Part shown: piece by piece, positions 18,817 to 28,026 of the stretch
Position numbering within the stretch: the first letter of the stretch is position 1
Layout: every line of letters starts with the position of its first letter
IMG/VR virus record: IMGVR_UViG_3300028886_000036
Span: 211,467 to 275,466 of that record
Source: a virus
Lineage: Duplodnaviria; Caudoviricetes
Length of the DNA stretch: 64,000 nt
Strand: one strand, 5' to 3'
Position numbers and translations under genes: made by a program
The notes under the pieces: generated by a model
The model's database searches: none
What the model was told of the DNA's origin: nothing
What the model saw: the letters and a program-made list of their open reading frames with translations, nothing else

Positions 18817-21417
18817 ATGGCATCACCATTAACTACCTATATTAAATGGCTATCTATCCCGGAAGATATTCCATTTCCAGAAGAATGTAAGTCATTAAAT
18901 ATTAAAACTATTTTGAATCTAGCAGAAGAAGATCTATTTGCTGGATTGATGATGAATCAGCTGTTCAATGACGCATATGCTTATAATTATAGCATTGAAG
19001 ATATTGCTAGACTTCATAAGAAACATAATAGTACTTATAAGTTTAATTATATTAAGCAAGTTCCTAAACTTCCTGAACCAGTTAAAAAAGAAGAGGTTAA
19101 GGAAGTCGTAGTGCATAAGAAAACTAAATATAAAAGACCTAAAGAAAAACCAGGTATTACAGAAGAAATCAACCCTGAAGAGAATCCAATGCTGGTTAAT
19201 GTCTATTATGATGGGGATAATAGACAAGTTGCTTATGTAACCAGAGTTGATAGGAAAAGGTATATTGAGATAGTCGATGACAATGTTATGATGTATTATG
19301 GTAAAGATGATTATCTTAATGTTAGTGATGCTGCTAGATTGAAAAGTGAATTGGTTTCTTATAGATACCGTAATAAAACTATTGAAAAGCATAAAGAAGA
19401 ACATCCTTATGATGCAATCTATAATGTAGATCTTAATATTGCTATTCCTAAAACAGTATCTTGGAAAGAGAATCATCCTAATGCTGGTACTTATAAATTA
19501 AGGATTAACTATATTGATATTGAGTTGTATCAGGAAGGTTATGGAGTAATTGACTTCTCTGATTTGAAAACTTCAGCTAGATTAATTCCAGTTAACTTGA
19601 TTACTATTTATGATAATTATGATGATAAATATTACACTTTGATTTACAATTTGAACCGGTCAGAAATTAAACCTGAACAAATTAAAGGATATTTAGACTA
19701 TAAAGATGAATGTAATTTTGATGTAAGAATTTTTGATAAAGAAACTGATTTGTTTTTGGAGTTCTTTAGATTGCTAAAAGAATTTGATCCAGATCTAGTA
19801 TCTGGATGGAATAGTGACGAGTTTGACTTACCCTATATCAAATATAGAGCTGAATTTCTTGGTATTAAGAATCCTAAATTGGCTCATAATAAAGTGTTTG
19901 GTATTGAATATAAGACTCTTACCAATAAGCACAATGAAGAAATTACTTATTGTATTCCTAAACTTGGCTATTCGGTTGCTTTGGATTATCAAAGATGTTA
20001 TAAAGAGAGAGCTTTTGGTAAAAGAGAAAACTATAAGCTTGGTACTATTTCACAATATGAACTTGGTATTACTAAACTTGATACTGAAGATGGTATGGAT
20101 AAGATCTTTAGAGAAGAACCTGAACGTTTTATTGCATACAATATTAACGACGTTCATCTGGTTAGAAAGCTTGATGAAAAACTGAAGTATATCGATTTGT
20201 GCTTTAATATTATCCAGTTCGCTAATATTTCTTGGGATAGTGTTTATACCACACTTCATATTGTTGATGGCATTCTTTATGAGTATTTGATTAAGCAATC
20301 TAAAGTAATGAAGATTGTTAATAGAGATGTTGAAAAACAACCTTTCATGGGCGCATATGTGAGAAAACCAATTAGTGGAGTACATGATTGGTTAGGTGAT
20401 TTGGATCTTACATCTCTGTATCCTTATATTATGGCTAGATATAATATTAGTGCAGATACTTATGTTGGAAAACTTGATTTTGAAGATAGTAAAGAATACA
20501 TTTATAACAAGGAAGGCTTTATTAATAGTAACAAGAAGATTAATCTATATCTTAGAGTAGATGGCATTGAAAAAAGATATGAGATTAGTACTAAAGGCTT
20601 CCATGATAAAATGATTAAGAATAAGTACATCATTACTTATACTGGTACTATCTTTAAAAGGCATGAAGATAAGTTGTCTGTTTTGTATGAAATTATTCAG
20701 ATGCTTATTTCTAAACGTAAAGAGTATAAGGATCTGATGAAAGATAATATTGGCGTAAATGATATGCTGGTTGATAGATATAATGGAATGCAGATGACTG
20801 TTAAAGTTATTACTAACTCTTTGTATGGAGCTCAGTCTAATAATAGATTTAGAATGTATGATTATGAAGTAGCTAGATCTATTACTACTACTGGTAGAGA
20901 AATTGCTAAAGTAGCTGCTGTAGTTGCCAATGATCTGATTAATCAAATGATTAGAAATAAGAGTGGCAAATTTAACAGTGTTGAGATTCCTTATGATTGG
21001 GAAGAAAAATCTGATGATATTCTTAGCAATGTTGTATATGGAGATTCAGTTACTGGAGACAGTTTGATTAGAACTGGTATTGGTAATATTCCAGTTAAGG
21101 ATATTTGGGAGACTCAAATGAAAGCCTATCCTGAATTGTCTAAAACTGGTGAGATTAACACTGGTTATGTTCAAATGAATGGCAAGGAGTATATCCTGAA
21201 TCCTAATATAACAATACTTGGAGTAGACGACAGTTTATATATCCCAAGATACATTATGAAACATAAAGTTAAAAAGAAACTGTATAAAATTACAACTGAA
21301 TCTGGTAAGTCAGTTACTGTTACAGAAGATCATAGTCTTATTGTTTATAGAAACAATGAGAAGCTGGTTATTAAGCCAACAGAATTGATTGACACAGATA
21401 AAGTGATTGTGATATAA
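18817..21417 (+). CDS. polB: family-B DNA polymerase, N-terminal part (3'-5' exonuclease, motifs A and B) fused to split intein N-fragment
   Basis: DIE (ExoI), GWNSDEFDLPY (ExoII), YNINDV (ExoIII), DLTSLYP (motif A), KVITNSLYG (motif B); ends YGD followed by intein sequence. Confidence 0.95.
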   Translation: MASPLTTYIKWLSIPEDIPFPEECKSLNIKTILNLAEEDLFAGLMMNQLFNDAYAYNYSIEDIARLHKKHNSTYKFNYIKQVPKLPEPVKKEEVKEVVVHKKTKYKRPKEKPGITEEINPEENPMLVNVYYDGDNRQVAYVTRVDRKRYIEIVDDNVMMYYGKDDYLNVSDAARLKSELVSYRYRNKTIEKHKEEHPYDAIYNVDLNIAIPKTVSWKENHPNAGTYKLRINYIDIELYQEGYGVIDFSDLKTSARLIPVNLITIYDNYDDKYYTLIYNLNRSEIKPEQIKGYLDYKDECNFDVRIFDKETDLFLEFFRLLKEFDPDLVSGWNSDEFDLPYIKYRAEFLGIKNPKLAHNKVFGIEYKTLTNKHNEEITYCIPKLGYSVALDYQRCYKERAFGKRENYKLGTISQYELGITKLDTEDGMDKIFREEPERFIAYNINDVHLVRKLDEKLKYIDLCFNIIQFANISWDSVYTTLHIVDGILYEYLIKQSKVMKIVNRDVEKQPFMGAYVRKPISGVHDWLGDLDLTSLYPYIMARYNISADTYVGKLDFEDSKEYIYNKEGFINSNKKINLYLRVDGIEKRYEISTKGFHDKMIKNKYIITYTGTIFKRHEDKLSVLYEIIQMLISKRKEYKDLMKDNIGVNDMLVDRYNGMQMTVKVITNSLYGAQSNNRFRMYDYEVARSITTTGREIAKVAAVVANDLINQMIRNKSGKFNSVEIPYDWEEKSDDILSNVVYGDSVTGDSLIRTGIGNIPVKDIWETQMKAYPELSKTGEINTGYVQMNGKEYILNPNITILGVDDSLYIPRYIMKHKVKKKLYKITTESGKSVTVTEDHSLIVYRNNEKLVIKPTELIDTDKVIVI
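21046..21414 (+). other. split intein N-fragment, 123 aa, Ser1
   Basis: Block A SVTGDSLI directly after YGD; block B VTVTEDHSL (TxxH); a stop codon follows, with no endonuclease domain. Confidence 0.92.
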
Positions 21418-21431
21418 TTTAATAGAAGGAG

Positions 21432-22007
21432 ATGTTGTTTTATATGAGTGATAGAAATATAGTCGATTTTAATGGCTTACAGACATATGATAATAATATT
21501 AAAAGATATATTAGTGAAGTTGGTAATACAAACTATGCACCAATGTCACATACGCATTATCTTGGAGATATAGGTTTCACTCCAGATAATGGTACTATTC
21601 CAAACGATGATGTTTATAGGTTGAAAGGATTTAGAAACTGTCAAATCTTTGTCAATTACGATAGCGATAATATTAATATTGATACTGATAAATATGACTT
21701 AGCTTATATTAATGTTTCTAGAGATATTAACATTACTTTAAGAATCGGAGCTACCGAAGGTGTGTCTCCCAAGAGTCATGCTAGATGCTTAAAGATTATT
21801 TTAAATAATGCCTATAATCATAATATTACTTGGAACTATAGTAGTAATTTTATTTGGAGAGATAATGATGTTACTTTCTCTGATGAAGCAAATAAGGTTG
21901 ATATTGTCGAACTTATTACTGCTGGATTAGATGCTAATGGAGAAGTAGCAGAAATTAATCCTACTAGTAATGTTATTTGGTATGGTAATATTTCTAAATC
22001 ATATTAA
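21432..22007 (+). CDS. hypothetical protein, possibly virion-associated
   Basis: 191-aa ORF with a YAPxSHTH motif reminiscent of fibre proteins. Confidence 0.6.
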   Translation: MLFYMSDRNIVDFNGLQTYDNNIKRYISEVGNTNYAPMSHTHYLGDIGFTPDNGTIPNDDVYRLKGFRNCQIFVNYDSDNINIDTDKYDLAYINVSRDINITLRIGATEGVSPKSHARCLKIILNNAYNHNITWNYSSNFIWRDNDVTFSDEANKVDIVELITAGLDANGEVAEINPTSNVIWYGNISKSY

Positions 22008-22027
22008 TGAAAGGGATTGATTAACAA

Positions 22028-22303
22028 ATGGGAGTTAAACAAGTTTTTACAAAAAAAGAGGCTAGAGAGATTTGTAGAAGACTCGGGCTTTCTGAAATAG
22101 CTTTGAGTAATGATACTTGTATTGTTGCTCAGAATGATAAGGGTCATATCTATAAGTTTCCTATCGGAGTTCCTGGCAAGGTAGAAGTTACTAATAAGCC
22201 AGTTGTGAATGCTGTTAAGGAAGAAAAGGTAGAACCTGAGAAGCCAGTTAAAAGAAAGCGTGGTCGTCCACCTAAGAAAAAGAAAGTGGAGGAAACAGAA
22301 TAA
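22028..22303 (+). CDS. small AT-hook protein
   Basis: KRKRGRPPKKKK near the C-terminus. Confidence 0.65.
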   Translation: MGVKQVFTKKEAREICRRLGLSEIALSNDTCIVAQNDKGHIYKFPIGVPGKVEVTNKPVVNAVKEEKVEPEKPVKRKRGRPPKKKKVEETE

Positions 22304-22320
22304 GAAAGGACTGATTCTTA

Positions 22321-22899
22321 TTGAATTCAGTATCTAAGAATATATTAGATTTACTTAAAGTTATTGCACAGAATCAGATGCAATTAGCTAAAAAAGTAGA
22401 TGAGATGAACAATAAGCTTCAGGAGTTTTTTGATGAAGCCACTACTGAACCTCCAGTAGATTTAGAAGAATTTAGTATAGAACCTGAAAGAAATCCTCCT
22501 GTTAAAAAGAAAAAGATTGACAGTAAAATGTTTGATGAATTTGTTCTTCAAGAAAAAGAAAGAAGAACACCGAAGGGACAAGCTACTCAGGTTAAAAAGA
22601 AAACTAAAGTTACAGCAAATCCTGGCATTAATGCTAATAAGATAAGGATTATAAATGGAAGTGATGGCTCTGACATTTCAGATGAAAGTACTGTAGTTTC
22701 AGCTGATATTGATTCAATTAAACCAACTGATTCTGCTAAAGAAAAATTGAGAAAGCTAGGTATGCCACTTCCTTCATTATCTAATGCTGCTCCTGAATTA
22801 GCAGATATTGAAAAGGCAAAGATTTTAGAGGCAGAAATTGCTAGAGAACAAAAGAAAGCTGATTTAAAGAAACCTAAAGAAGAAGTAAAAGAAAAATAA
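22321..22899 (+). CDS. hypothetical charged protein
   Basis: 192-aa ORF, GAAAGGA SD, TTG start. Confidence 0.7.
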   Translation: MNSVSKNILDLLKVIAQNQMQLAKKVDEMNNKLQEFFDEATTEPPVDLEEFSIEPERNPPVKKKKIDSKMFDEFVLQEKERRTPKGQATQVKKKTKVTANPGINANKIRIINGSDGSDISDESTVVSADIDSIKPTDSAKEKLRKLGMPLPSLSNAAPELADIEKAKILEAEIAREQKKADLKKPKEEVKEK

Positions 22900-23004
22900 G
22901 GAAGTGTTATTTTGAAATTGGTATTGGAACACTATGCTATGTTTATATGCATTTGGTGTGCTGAATATATGATTGCAAATCTTATTTAGAAAGGGAGTAT
23001 TTTA

Positions 23005-23331
23005 GTGGCAACTAAAGTTTTAACAGATACTGGTCATTTTGATATAATGGATTATACTGTTACTAAGTTTTATGGTAAAGATATTTATAAGCCTTATAAA
23101 GAGTATGGTGTTAAAGCATATTTCGAGGCATTGAAAGAAGCTATTAAAGGCATTGCTTCGCCGCCTTCATATATTTTGGTATTTGATAATAAAAAGTATA
23201 CCTGCAAGCTGTTTGTTAATCAGAAAGAAGTTAAACCAAAGAATCCCGGTGAGCTTCAGAAGAAGATTGATAAATATAAAAGGATGAAGTTTAAAGAGAA
23301 TACCAAGGAGGATAATAGTAATGAAGGTTAG
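23005..23331 (+). CDS. hypothetical protein
   Basis: GGGAG SD, GTG start. Confidence 0.65.
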   Translation: MATKVLTDTGHFDIMDYTVTKFYGKDIYKPYKEYGVKAYFEALKEAIKGIASPPSYILVFDNKKYTCKLFVNQKEVKPKNPGELQKKIDKYKRMKFKENTKEDNSNEG

Positions 23332-23992
23332 ACTTATTGCCGAAACTAATAACCCAGAATATGTTGTTACATTGGCTGCGGCTACTTGTTATAGTGATAA
23401 AGAATACACTGAGCTTTATGATAAGTGTAACGATAAAAAGTATCAGGAGACCCTTATTACTAAACTTCTTTCTAGTGGGCATGAAAGTCCTTTTGAGCAT
23501 GCTTGTTTTACATTCTTTATTGAAGGAGTATCTAGATCTATGACTCACCAATTGGTAAGACATAGGATTGCATCATATTCCCAGCGATCTCAGAGATATA
23601 CTAAAATGAAACCTTCAGAATTTAATATCCCAGAGAGTATTAGTTCTGATCCAGAAAAGAAGAAAGCTTTTGAAGAACATCTTAAAGATACATTCCAGCT
23701 CTATGATGAATTGATTGCTGGTGGAGTTCCTAAAGAAGATGCTAGAGAGATTCTTCCTAATGCAACTCAAACTACTATTGTAATGACTATGAATCTTAGA
23801 GAGCTTAGACACTTTATGGAATTGAGAATGTGTAATAGAGCTTCTACAGAAATTAGAGCAGTTGCTGATGAGGTTTATTCTATTCTTAAAATGTATCATC
23901 CTTTACTGGTTATCGGTGCAGGACCCAAATGCTGGTATGGTAAATGCACTGAAGAACATAAAACTAAAGATTGCCCTAAAAAGAAAATTTAA
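23321..23992 (+). CDS. thyX: FAD-dependent thymidylate synthase
   Basis: GHESPFEH, HQLVRHRIASYSQRSQRY (RHRx7S), KEDAREILP, NLRELRHF. Confidence 0.97.
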   Translation: MKVRLIAETNNPEYVVTLAAATCYSDKEYTELYDKCNDKKYQETLITKLLSSGHESPFEHACFTFFIEGVSRSMTHQLVRHRIASYSQRSQRYTKMKPSEFNIPESISSDPEKKKAFEEHLKDTFQLYDELIAGGVPKEDAREILPNATQTTIVMTMNLRELRHFMELRMCNRASTEIRAVADEVYSILKMYHPLLVIGAGPKCWYGKCTEEHKTKDCPKKKI

Positions 23993-24000
23993 TAAACAAA

Positions 24001-24036
24001 AAGAAACTACCGTAGTGATACGGTAGTTTCTTTTTT
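24001..24036. terminator. bidirectional intrinsic terminator
   Basis: AAGAAACTACCGT/ACGGTAGTTTCTT between convergent genes. Confidence 0.8.
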
Positions 24037-24038
24037 AA

Positions 24039-24476
24039 TTATGAGTTCACATGGATAAATCCAAGTAAGTCGCCAATATTAAATTCATTTAAGATAGCTA
24101 ACGCCTTATCATAGAGATCCTTTTTTATTTTTTCATAGTCAAACTTAACTTGACTCTTAATGAATGCTTGATTAGGATCTTTCAAAATAGTTGAATAGAA
24201 CAAAGATGACATTAGATCTTTAAAGCTATAGAAAACTTGGTAACAACCATCTTCTCTAATAAATAGATAGATGTCATAGTATCTATTAACTACAGCCTCC
24301 CAAGGTACCTGCCCATATTTAAAGGTAATACCGTTTGTTAAACAGTATTCTTTAAACAGGTCAAGTGACACAAACTGAAGTACTTTAACTTTTTCAGGAA
24401 TAAACGCCTTAGCATCCTGGAGTTTTTCAATCTTCATCCAAAGATTATAGTAATAATTCTGCTCTACAGTTTCCAT
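24039..24476 (-). CDS. hypothetical protein
   Basis: GGAGG SD; last gene of a minus-strand operon. Confidence 0.7.
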   Translation of the reverse strand: METVEQNYYYNLWMKIEKLQDAKAFIPEKVKVLQFVSLDLFKEYCLTNGITFKYGQVPWEAVVNRYYDIYLFIREDGCYQVFYSFKDLMSSLFYSTILKDPNQAFIKSQVKFDYEKIKKDLYDKALAILNEFNIGDLLGFIHVNS

Positions 24477-24487
24477 TAAAATTCCTC

Positions 24488-24799
24488 CTAATCAATATTA
24501 GATGGTCTATCTCCACACATCTTTATAAAGGTATGTGCTATCTCACAAATATCATACTTATCGTCATCTTTAACAAACTTATTATTGTGATATGTACAAC
24601 TATAACAGTCGTTACAAATAAAATCTTTAAGCATAGTTAATCCCAAGGTTCTAATAAATTTTGCTTTGCCAGCACATACTTCATCAACTGTATGATCATG
24701 ACTAGCATTTATAGGACAGCGGCTATTACATTTAGTATAAGACAAACATCTATTTGTAAATTGTATACTATAGTATAATACTACTGCAAAATGATTCAT
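24488..24799 (-). CDS. Cys-rich small protein (two-repeat family member)
   Basis: Two Cx(n)CxxCx(n)C-like clusters. Confidence 0.7.
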   Translation of the reverse strand: MNHFAVVLYYSIQFTNRCLSYTKCNSRCPINASHDHTVDEVCAGKAKFIRTLGLTMLKDFICNDCYSCTYHNNKFVKDDDKYDICEIAHTFIKMCGDRPSNID

Positions 24800-25008
24800 T
24801 CTTTATCCTCAAAAGACATATCCATAAAATATTCATCTTCATTGTCAGTACAGACTGCTATAGCGCCCTGATGAAGATATCCTAAAATCGCCATAAGATT
24901 ATTAACATCATTCTCGTCAATTCGTATTTCAATAGGAGTATACTCTTTGAACACAAATTTTATAGTTTTCATACCGTTCCTCCATATCTCAACTTTTTTA
25001 TAATACAC
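24796..25008 (-). CDS. small hypothetical protein
   Basis: Coupled to both neighbours. Confidence 0.6.
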   Translation of the reverse strand: MYYKKVEIWRNGMKTIKFVFKEYTPIEIRIDENDVNNLMAILGYLHQGAIAVCTDNEDEYFMDMSFEDKE

Positions 25009-25303
25009 CGTTACCTTTCATTTCAGAATATTTTACTGCTAATATATTAGTAGAACACGATCCTCTCCCTTCCCATATTACATGTTGTTTGTATTCACAA
25101 GATATACAATTTTTATGTTGTGAACAAAATCCCCTGGCAGTTACAATAATCTTATTACTGTCATGAAATTTAGAAGATACTGATACATATCTATATAATG
25201 TGCAACAATCTCCCTTTGATTTATACCGACAACTATTGCAGCATACTTGAGTCATACAATAATTTATTAAAACAATATTTGTAGCGAGATCTAATTTTCT
25301 CAT
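24998..25303 (-). CDS. Cys-rich small protein (two-repeat family member)
   Basis: YCMTQVCCNSC..C and FCSQHKNCISC..C. Confidence 0.7.
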   Translation of the reverse strand: MRKLDLATNIVLINYCMTQVCCNSCRYKSKGDCCTLYRYVSVSSKFHDSNKIIVTARGFCSQHKNCISCEYKQHVIWEGRGSCSTNILAVKYSEMKGNGVL

Positions 25304-25354
25304 AATTTCACCTCTTATTATACCACAAACACATCTAATTGCTAAAGCACTTAT

Positions 25355-25669
25355 TTACTTCAATTTCATCCCTTTGAGAAGTACATATCTTAAAGCAGTA
25401 ATACTAGCAGCACAATATTCCTCCTTGCCTCCGGTAGCTAATATACAGTCATACTTACAACATCCAGAACTACTATCACAAATCTCTAGTAGTTTTGATA
25501 TAATATTCTCATCAAACACCTCTTTAGCTCCATCTAATGCCCATCTAGTTATATTACACACTTGAGGTTCATTCTCATCTAAAAACTTACATTTATAACA
25601 ATACTCAACCCCCATACAATAATTAGCCAAGCATATATTTAGTACCAAATCATATCTTACACGCTTCAT
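25355..25669 (-). CDS. Cys-rich small protein (two-repeat family member)
   Basis: YCMGVEYCYKC..C and ICDSSSGCCKYDC..C; paralog of 24998-25303. Confidence 0.7.
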   Translation of the reverse strand: MKRVRYDLVLNICLANYCMGVEYCYKCKFLDENEPQVCNITRWALDGAKEVFDENIISKLLEICDSSSGCCKYDCILATGGKEEYCAASITALRYVLLKGMKLK

Positions 25670-25733
25670 AAGACCACCTCTTCTAAAATATAAACTAAAT
25701 GAACAGTGTAATAATATACTTATAAATTTTTAC

Positions 25734-25761
25734 TTGACAAGATGAAATAATCGTGTATAAT
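25734..25761 (+). promoter_or_regulatory. sigma-A/70-type promoter of the polymerase C-gene
   Basis: TTGACA-N16-TATAAT, followed by a GAGGTG SD. Confidence 0.8.
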
Positions 25762-25783
25762 AACAGTGTGAGGTGAGAAAAAG

Positions 25784-25903
25784 ATGAAGCTTGAACGGAT
25801 TAAATCAGTTGAAGTTATAGACCCAAATTATGATGTAGATGTTTATGACTTTGAACTGCCAGTCGAACATAACTTCTTTGCTAATGATATTCTAGTGCAT
25901 AAT
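25784..25903 (+). other. split intein C-fragment, 40 aa, +1 residue Thr
   Basis: Block F VYDFEL..HNFFAN and block G ILVHN|T. Confidence 0.93.
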
Positions 25904-26773
25904 ACTGATTCAATCTTTACCAAGTATGGAGATGCATTAAAAGCTATCTATGGAGATGAATATGATGATATCTCCGATACTGATAAGATTAGTAAAGTTA
26001 TTGAATTGAATGAGTCTGTAGCACAGTACATTAACAATGTAATGATACCAGATTTGCTAGAAAAACACAATACCTCTGCTACAGAATCTAGTGCTAAGAA
26101 GTTTAACTTTAACTTTAAACAGGAACTAGTTATTAGAAAAGCATTGTTTATTGAAGCTAAAAAGAAGTATGCAACTTGGCTGGTTTCAAAAGAAGGTAAA
26201 CCTCTTGATAAGATTAATATTACTGGTCTAGAAATTGTTAGATCTGATTTCCCGAAATTTAGTAGGGATATGATGAGAAATGTAGTTAATGATATTCTGA
26301 AAAAGGGTATCACTAAAGAAGATCTAATTATTATGTTATCTCAGTATAAAGATCAGTATATGGAACTACTTCAAACTGGATCTACAGATGCTGCTATACC
26401 TAGTTCTTGGAATAAAGAGAACTATGCTAGTGTACCTAGAGCTGTTAAATCGATGTTAATCTACAATGCTATCTATGGCAATACATTTAAGATACTGGAT
26501 AGAGGTTATAGATTTGACTTGGAAAATATTAATATAAGTCAGTTTGATGAGACAGTTAGAAAACGCTTGACAGATTTAGTTGAGAGTGGTAAAATGGGAA
26601 AAGAAGGTAAGTTGGATTGCATCACTATCCCATCAGGTAGTGTATTAGATACAAGTAAGTTTACCATTGATTACAACAAGATGGTTGGATTTGCAATCGA
26701 TGATAGACTGAAAAATTTCTGTGAGATATTTGGTATCAGTATTGAGGATCCTGATGCAATAAGTTGGATCTAA
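25784..26773 (+). CDS. polB: split intein C-fragment fused to family-B DNA polymerase C-terminal part
   Basis: Intein ends HN, then TDSIF (completing motif C, YGDTDS), KKKYA and ITGLEIVRSD. Confidence 0.95.
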   Translation: MKLERIKSVEVIDPNYDVDVYDFELPVEHNFFANDILVHNTDSIFTKYGDALKAIYGDEYDDISDTDKISKVIELNESVAQYINNVMIPDLLEKHNTSATESSAKKFNFNFKQELVIRKALFIEAKKKYATWLVSKEGKPLDKINITGLEIVRSDFPKFSRDMMRNVVNDILKKGITKEDLIIMLSQYKDQYMELLQTGSTDAAIPSSWNKENYASVPRAVKSMLIYNAIYGNTFKILDRGYRFDLENINISQFDETVRKRLTDLVESGKMGKEGKLDCITIPSGSVLDTSKFTIDYNKMVGFAIDDRLKNFCEIFGISIEDPDAISWI

Positions 26774-26803
26774 TATCTTTAATAGGAGGTAATTGAAGTT
26801 CAG

Positions 26804-26986
26804 ATGGCTAAAGGACTGAAGAAGTTCAAGGATGATATGTATGAGGACTATACGTCTAGGAACAGAAATAAGGACAAAGGGAAACCATCATATCACAAGG
26901 GTACATCGCCTAGAAACACCGACGATGATGAGTTTGACAGGACCACTAAGTTTGGTGGTAAGAAATCTAATTCTAGGAGGAAATAG
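26804..26986 (+). CDS. small basic protein
   Basis: AGGAGGT SD. Confidence 0.6.
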   Translation: MAKGLKKFKDDMYEDYTSRNRNKDKGKPSYHKGTSPRNTDDDEFDRTTKFGGKKSNSRRK

Positions 26987-26991
26987 TTAAG

Positions 26992-27489
26992 ATGATTATT
27001 TATGTAGTTAACGAAGAGAAAAAGAAAGTATGTGCGTATATGCCGGATTGCAGACAGGATTTTATTAACTATGTTTATAATTGTGGTTCGGTGAATAATG
27101 ATGGTAGGCTTAAGTTTATTGCAGATATTGTTTCTTTCGACAAGCTTGCCAAGTTCCCTGACAAGTTCTTTGCAGTAGCCACCTGTGATGATAGGGATGA
27201 TTTTGATCCTGAAATTGGTAAGGAAATTGCAAAAGCTAAATTGCTTGTTAAGTATTACAACACTAGGGCTAGGTTTATTCGTAGCATCTATGAAGAGGCT
27301 ATTGAGTATTTCAATAAGTTCGCTGAGTCACTCCAGACTGGTTATGAAGTTGCTCTTCAGAAGGTTGAAGATAGCCAGAATTATGTTGATGATGTTAATC
27401 AGATTCCAGATCATAATGAACAGCTTGAAATTGAGCTTAATGGTGATGTGGAAGTTAACGATGAAGAAGATACTTCTTCTGAAGAATAA
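26992..27489 (+). CDS. hypothetical phage protein
   Basis: AGGAGG SD; ATCDDRDDFDPEIG..IA motif. Confidence 0.7.
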   Translation: MIIYVVNEEKKKVCAYMPDCRQDFINYVYNCGSVNNDGRLKFIADIVSFDKLAKFPDKFFAVATCDDRDDFDPEIGKEIAKAKLLVKYYNTRARFIRSIYEEAIEYFNKFAESLQTGYEVALQKVEDSQNYVDDVNQIPDHNEQLEIELNGDVEVNDEEDTSSEE

Positions 27490-27512
27490 TTATATTAAGG
27501 AGATTGATAACT

Positions 27513-27959
27513 ATGTCGTGTCAGTTTAATCGTGTTATTATTGCGGGAAATCTTGGTTCTGATCCTTTCTACAAACAGCGTGATGATGGTCGTGATTTCT
27601 GCACTTTCCGACTTTTTGTTAATAGGACTTTCTTTATGAGAGATCCTGCTACTGGAGAAGTTGTTAAGAAGGAATCTGTTGATAGCCCTGTTATTCAGTG
27701 CTGGGGTAAGAATGCTGAACGCATGGGTAAGTACCTTACCAAAGGTCGTAACGTTCTGATTGAAGGCCATATTGAGACTCATCAGTGGCAGGATAAGAAT
27801 GACCCAAATGTGATGCATAATGAAACTGTTGTTATGGCTGACGACTTCAAGTTTATCGATAAGCCTCGTTCTGCTGAAGCTACCCCTAAAGCCTATACTA
27901 AAGAAGATACTCCAGTTGATAACACCGGAGATGTTGATACTGTAGCAGTTGACATTTAA
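27513..27959 (+). CDS. ssb: single-stranded DNA-binding protein
   Basis: FNRVIIAGNLGSDP, CWGKNAE, KGRNVLIEG and an acidic tail. Confidence 0.92.
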   Translation: MSCQFNRVIIAGNLGSDPFYKQRDDGRDFCTFRLFVNRTFFMRDPATGEVVKKESVDSPVIQCWGKNAERMGKYLTKGRNVLIEGHIETHQWQDKNDPNVMHNETVVMADDFKFIDKPRSAEATPKAYTKEDTPVDNTGDVDTVAVDI

Positions 27960-28026
27960 CTAAAAAGCTGGTATAATTCTTATAGCACAATATAAGAGCT
28001 ATACCAGCTCTTTTTATATCTCTAGA

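Noticed and set aside
21418-25783. Self-splicing intron or frameshift joining the polymerase halves
   Set aside because: The spacer holds intact genes on both strands, a terminator and a new promoter. Intein motifs at both junctions explain the break.
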